Source: an archaeon (GTDB taxonomy: Archaea > Asgardarchaeota > Heimdallarchaeia > Heimdallarchaeales > Heimdallarchaeaceae). Taken from it: a stretch of 28,809 nt of DNA. The translations under genes were made by a program, and so were the position numbers. The notes under the pieces are model-generated. The model saw only the letters and a program-made list of their open reading frames with translations. It ran no database searches and was not told the origin of the DNA. Numbering within the stretch: the stretch's first letter is position 1; every line of letters starts with the position of its first letter. Shown here piece by piece: positions 28,327 through 28,809 of this stretch. The stretch spans positions 1-28,809 of the forward strand of contig DAOVKB010000007.1 in NCBI GenBank assembly GCA_030631995.1, read 5' to 3'.

Positions 28327-28809
28327 ATGAAGAAAAAACATTTTCTAGCATTTGTTATCATATTATATCTAGTGGTATTATTGCTTACTCCATTTATAGA
28401 GGGTAAAAATCTGTTAAATAGTGAACTGAATGGTAATTTAGCAATTAATACGGAAGAATCAGATTCAAATATCAATGTAAATTTCATAAATGCAGCAAAG
28501 AGCGCTGAAGAAAATCAGCACAATTTAGAGCTAGAAAAAGAAGAAGAAAGTTATGATCAAATGAATCTAGAACAGTTAAAAGCGGATTATAACAAAACTT
28601 TCGACGATGTTCTTGATGAATTTCAACCCAACGTTAATGTTTCCAGCATATATTCCAAAAATGAAGTGAGTGAAGAAATCAACAACGGAAATTTAACTAT
28701 TTCACTACCTAGTCAAGGTCAGTATAATTTTGAAGGAAATGTTTCAGAAATTGAATCACAATATATTCAAAATTCAGGTGCTGAAAATGAAGTTGGGTTT
28801 TATTCTGTA
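28327..28809 (+). CDS. Secreted or membrane-anchored acidic Asn-rich protein, N-terminal 161 codons (continues past the window)
   Basis: Absent from the track because there is no stop. My translation reads MKKKHFLAFVIILYLVVLLLTPFIEGKNLLNSELNG...QYNFEGNVSEIESQYIQNSGAENEVGFYSV. It has a basic n-region plus a hydrophobic h-region signal/anchor. The AAAAAGGAGATAG SD context is identical to that of aIF5A. Confidence 0.6.
   Translation, partial: MKKKHFLAFVIILYLVVLLLTPFIEGKNLLNSELNGNLAINTEESDSNINVNFINAAKSAEENQHNLELEKEEESYDQMNLEQLKADYNKTFDDVLDEFQPNVNVSSIYSKNEVSEEINNGNLTISLPSQGQYNFEGNVSEIESQYIQNSGAENEVGFYSV

Overview
AT-rich archaeal chromosomal window. The archaeal call rests on split RNA polymerase A'/A'' genes, eL18, aIF5A with the hypusine motif, Orc1/Cdc6, RFC small subunit and a TFB-like factor. 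The lineage cannot be fixed from sequence alone; a low-GC Asgard or DPANN-type genome is only a guess. Most of the window is information-processing housekeeping. Plus strand: rpoA1-rpoA2, uS12, aIF5A, tRNA-Ala, an HD/SAMHD1-type phosphohydrolase, trpS and a Nog1-like GTPase. Minus strand: one long block, rpoD-eL18-uL13-uS9-rtcA-uL3-uL4-uL23-uL2-PAC2. Then come tRNA-Leu, orc1/cdc6 plus an ArsR-type wHTH, tRNA-Glu, truA and rfcS. A partial folD sits at the left edge. Three stretches look accessory or unexplained. (1) 8.0-10.0 kb holds two orphan minus-strand ORFs, one of 466 aa with a disordered linker and a C-terminal restriction-endonuclease-like (Mrr-type) fold pattern. (2) 24.0-28.8 kb holds a FlaI/TadA-type secretion ATPase, a split FlaJ/TadBC-like membrane platform, a divergent TFB paralog and a signal-peptide protein. 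(3) A 58-aa class-III-signal (prepilin-like) mini-protein sits alone at 19.76 kb, next to a possible replication origin upstream of orc1/cdc6. I saw no CRISPR array, transposase, integrase or rRNA. The canonical archaeal RNAP and ribosomal superoperon order is visibly broken in several places. All functional calls come from reading motifs in the supplied translations; no database search was possible.
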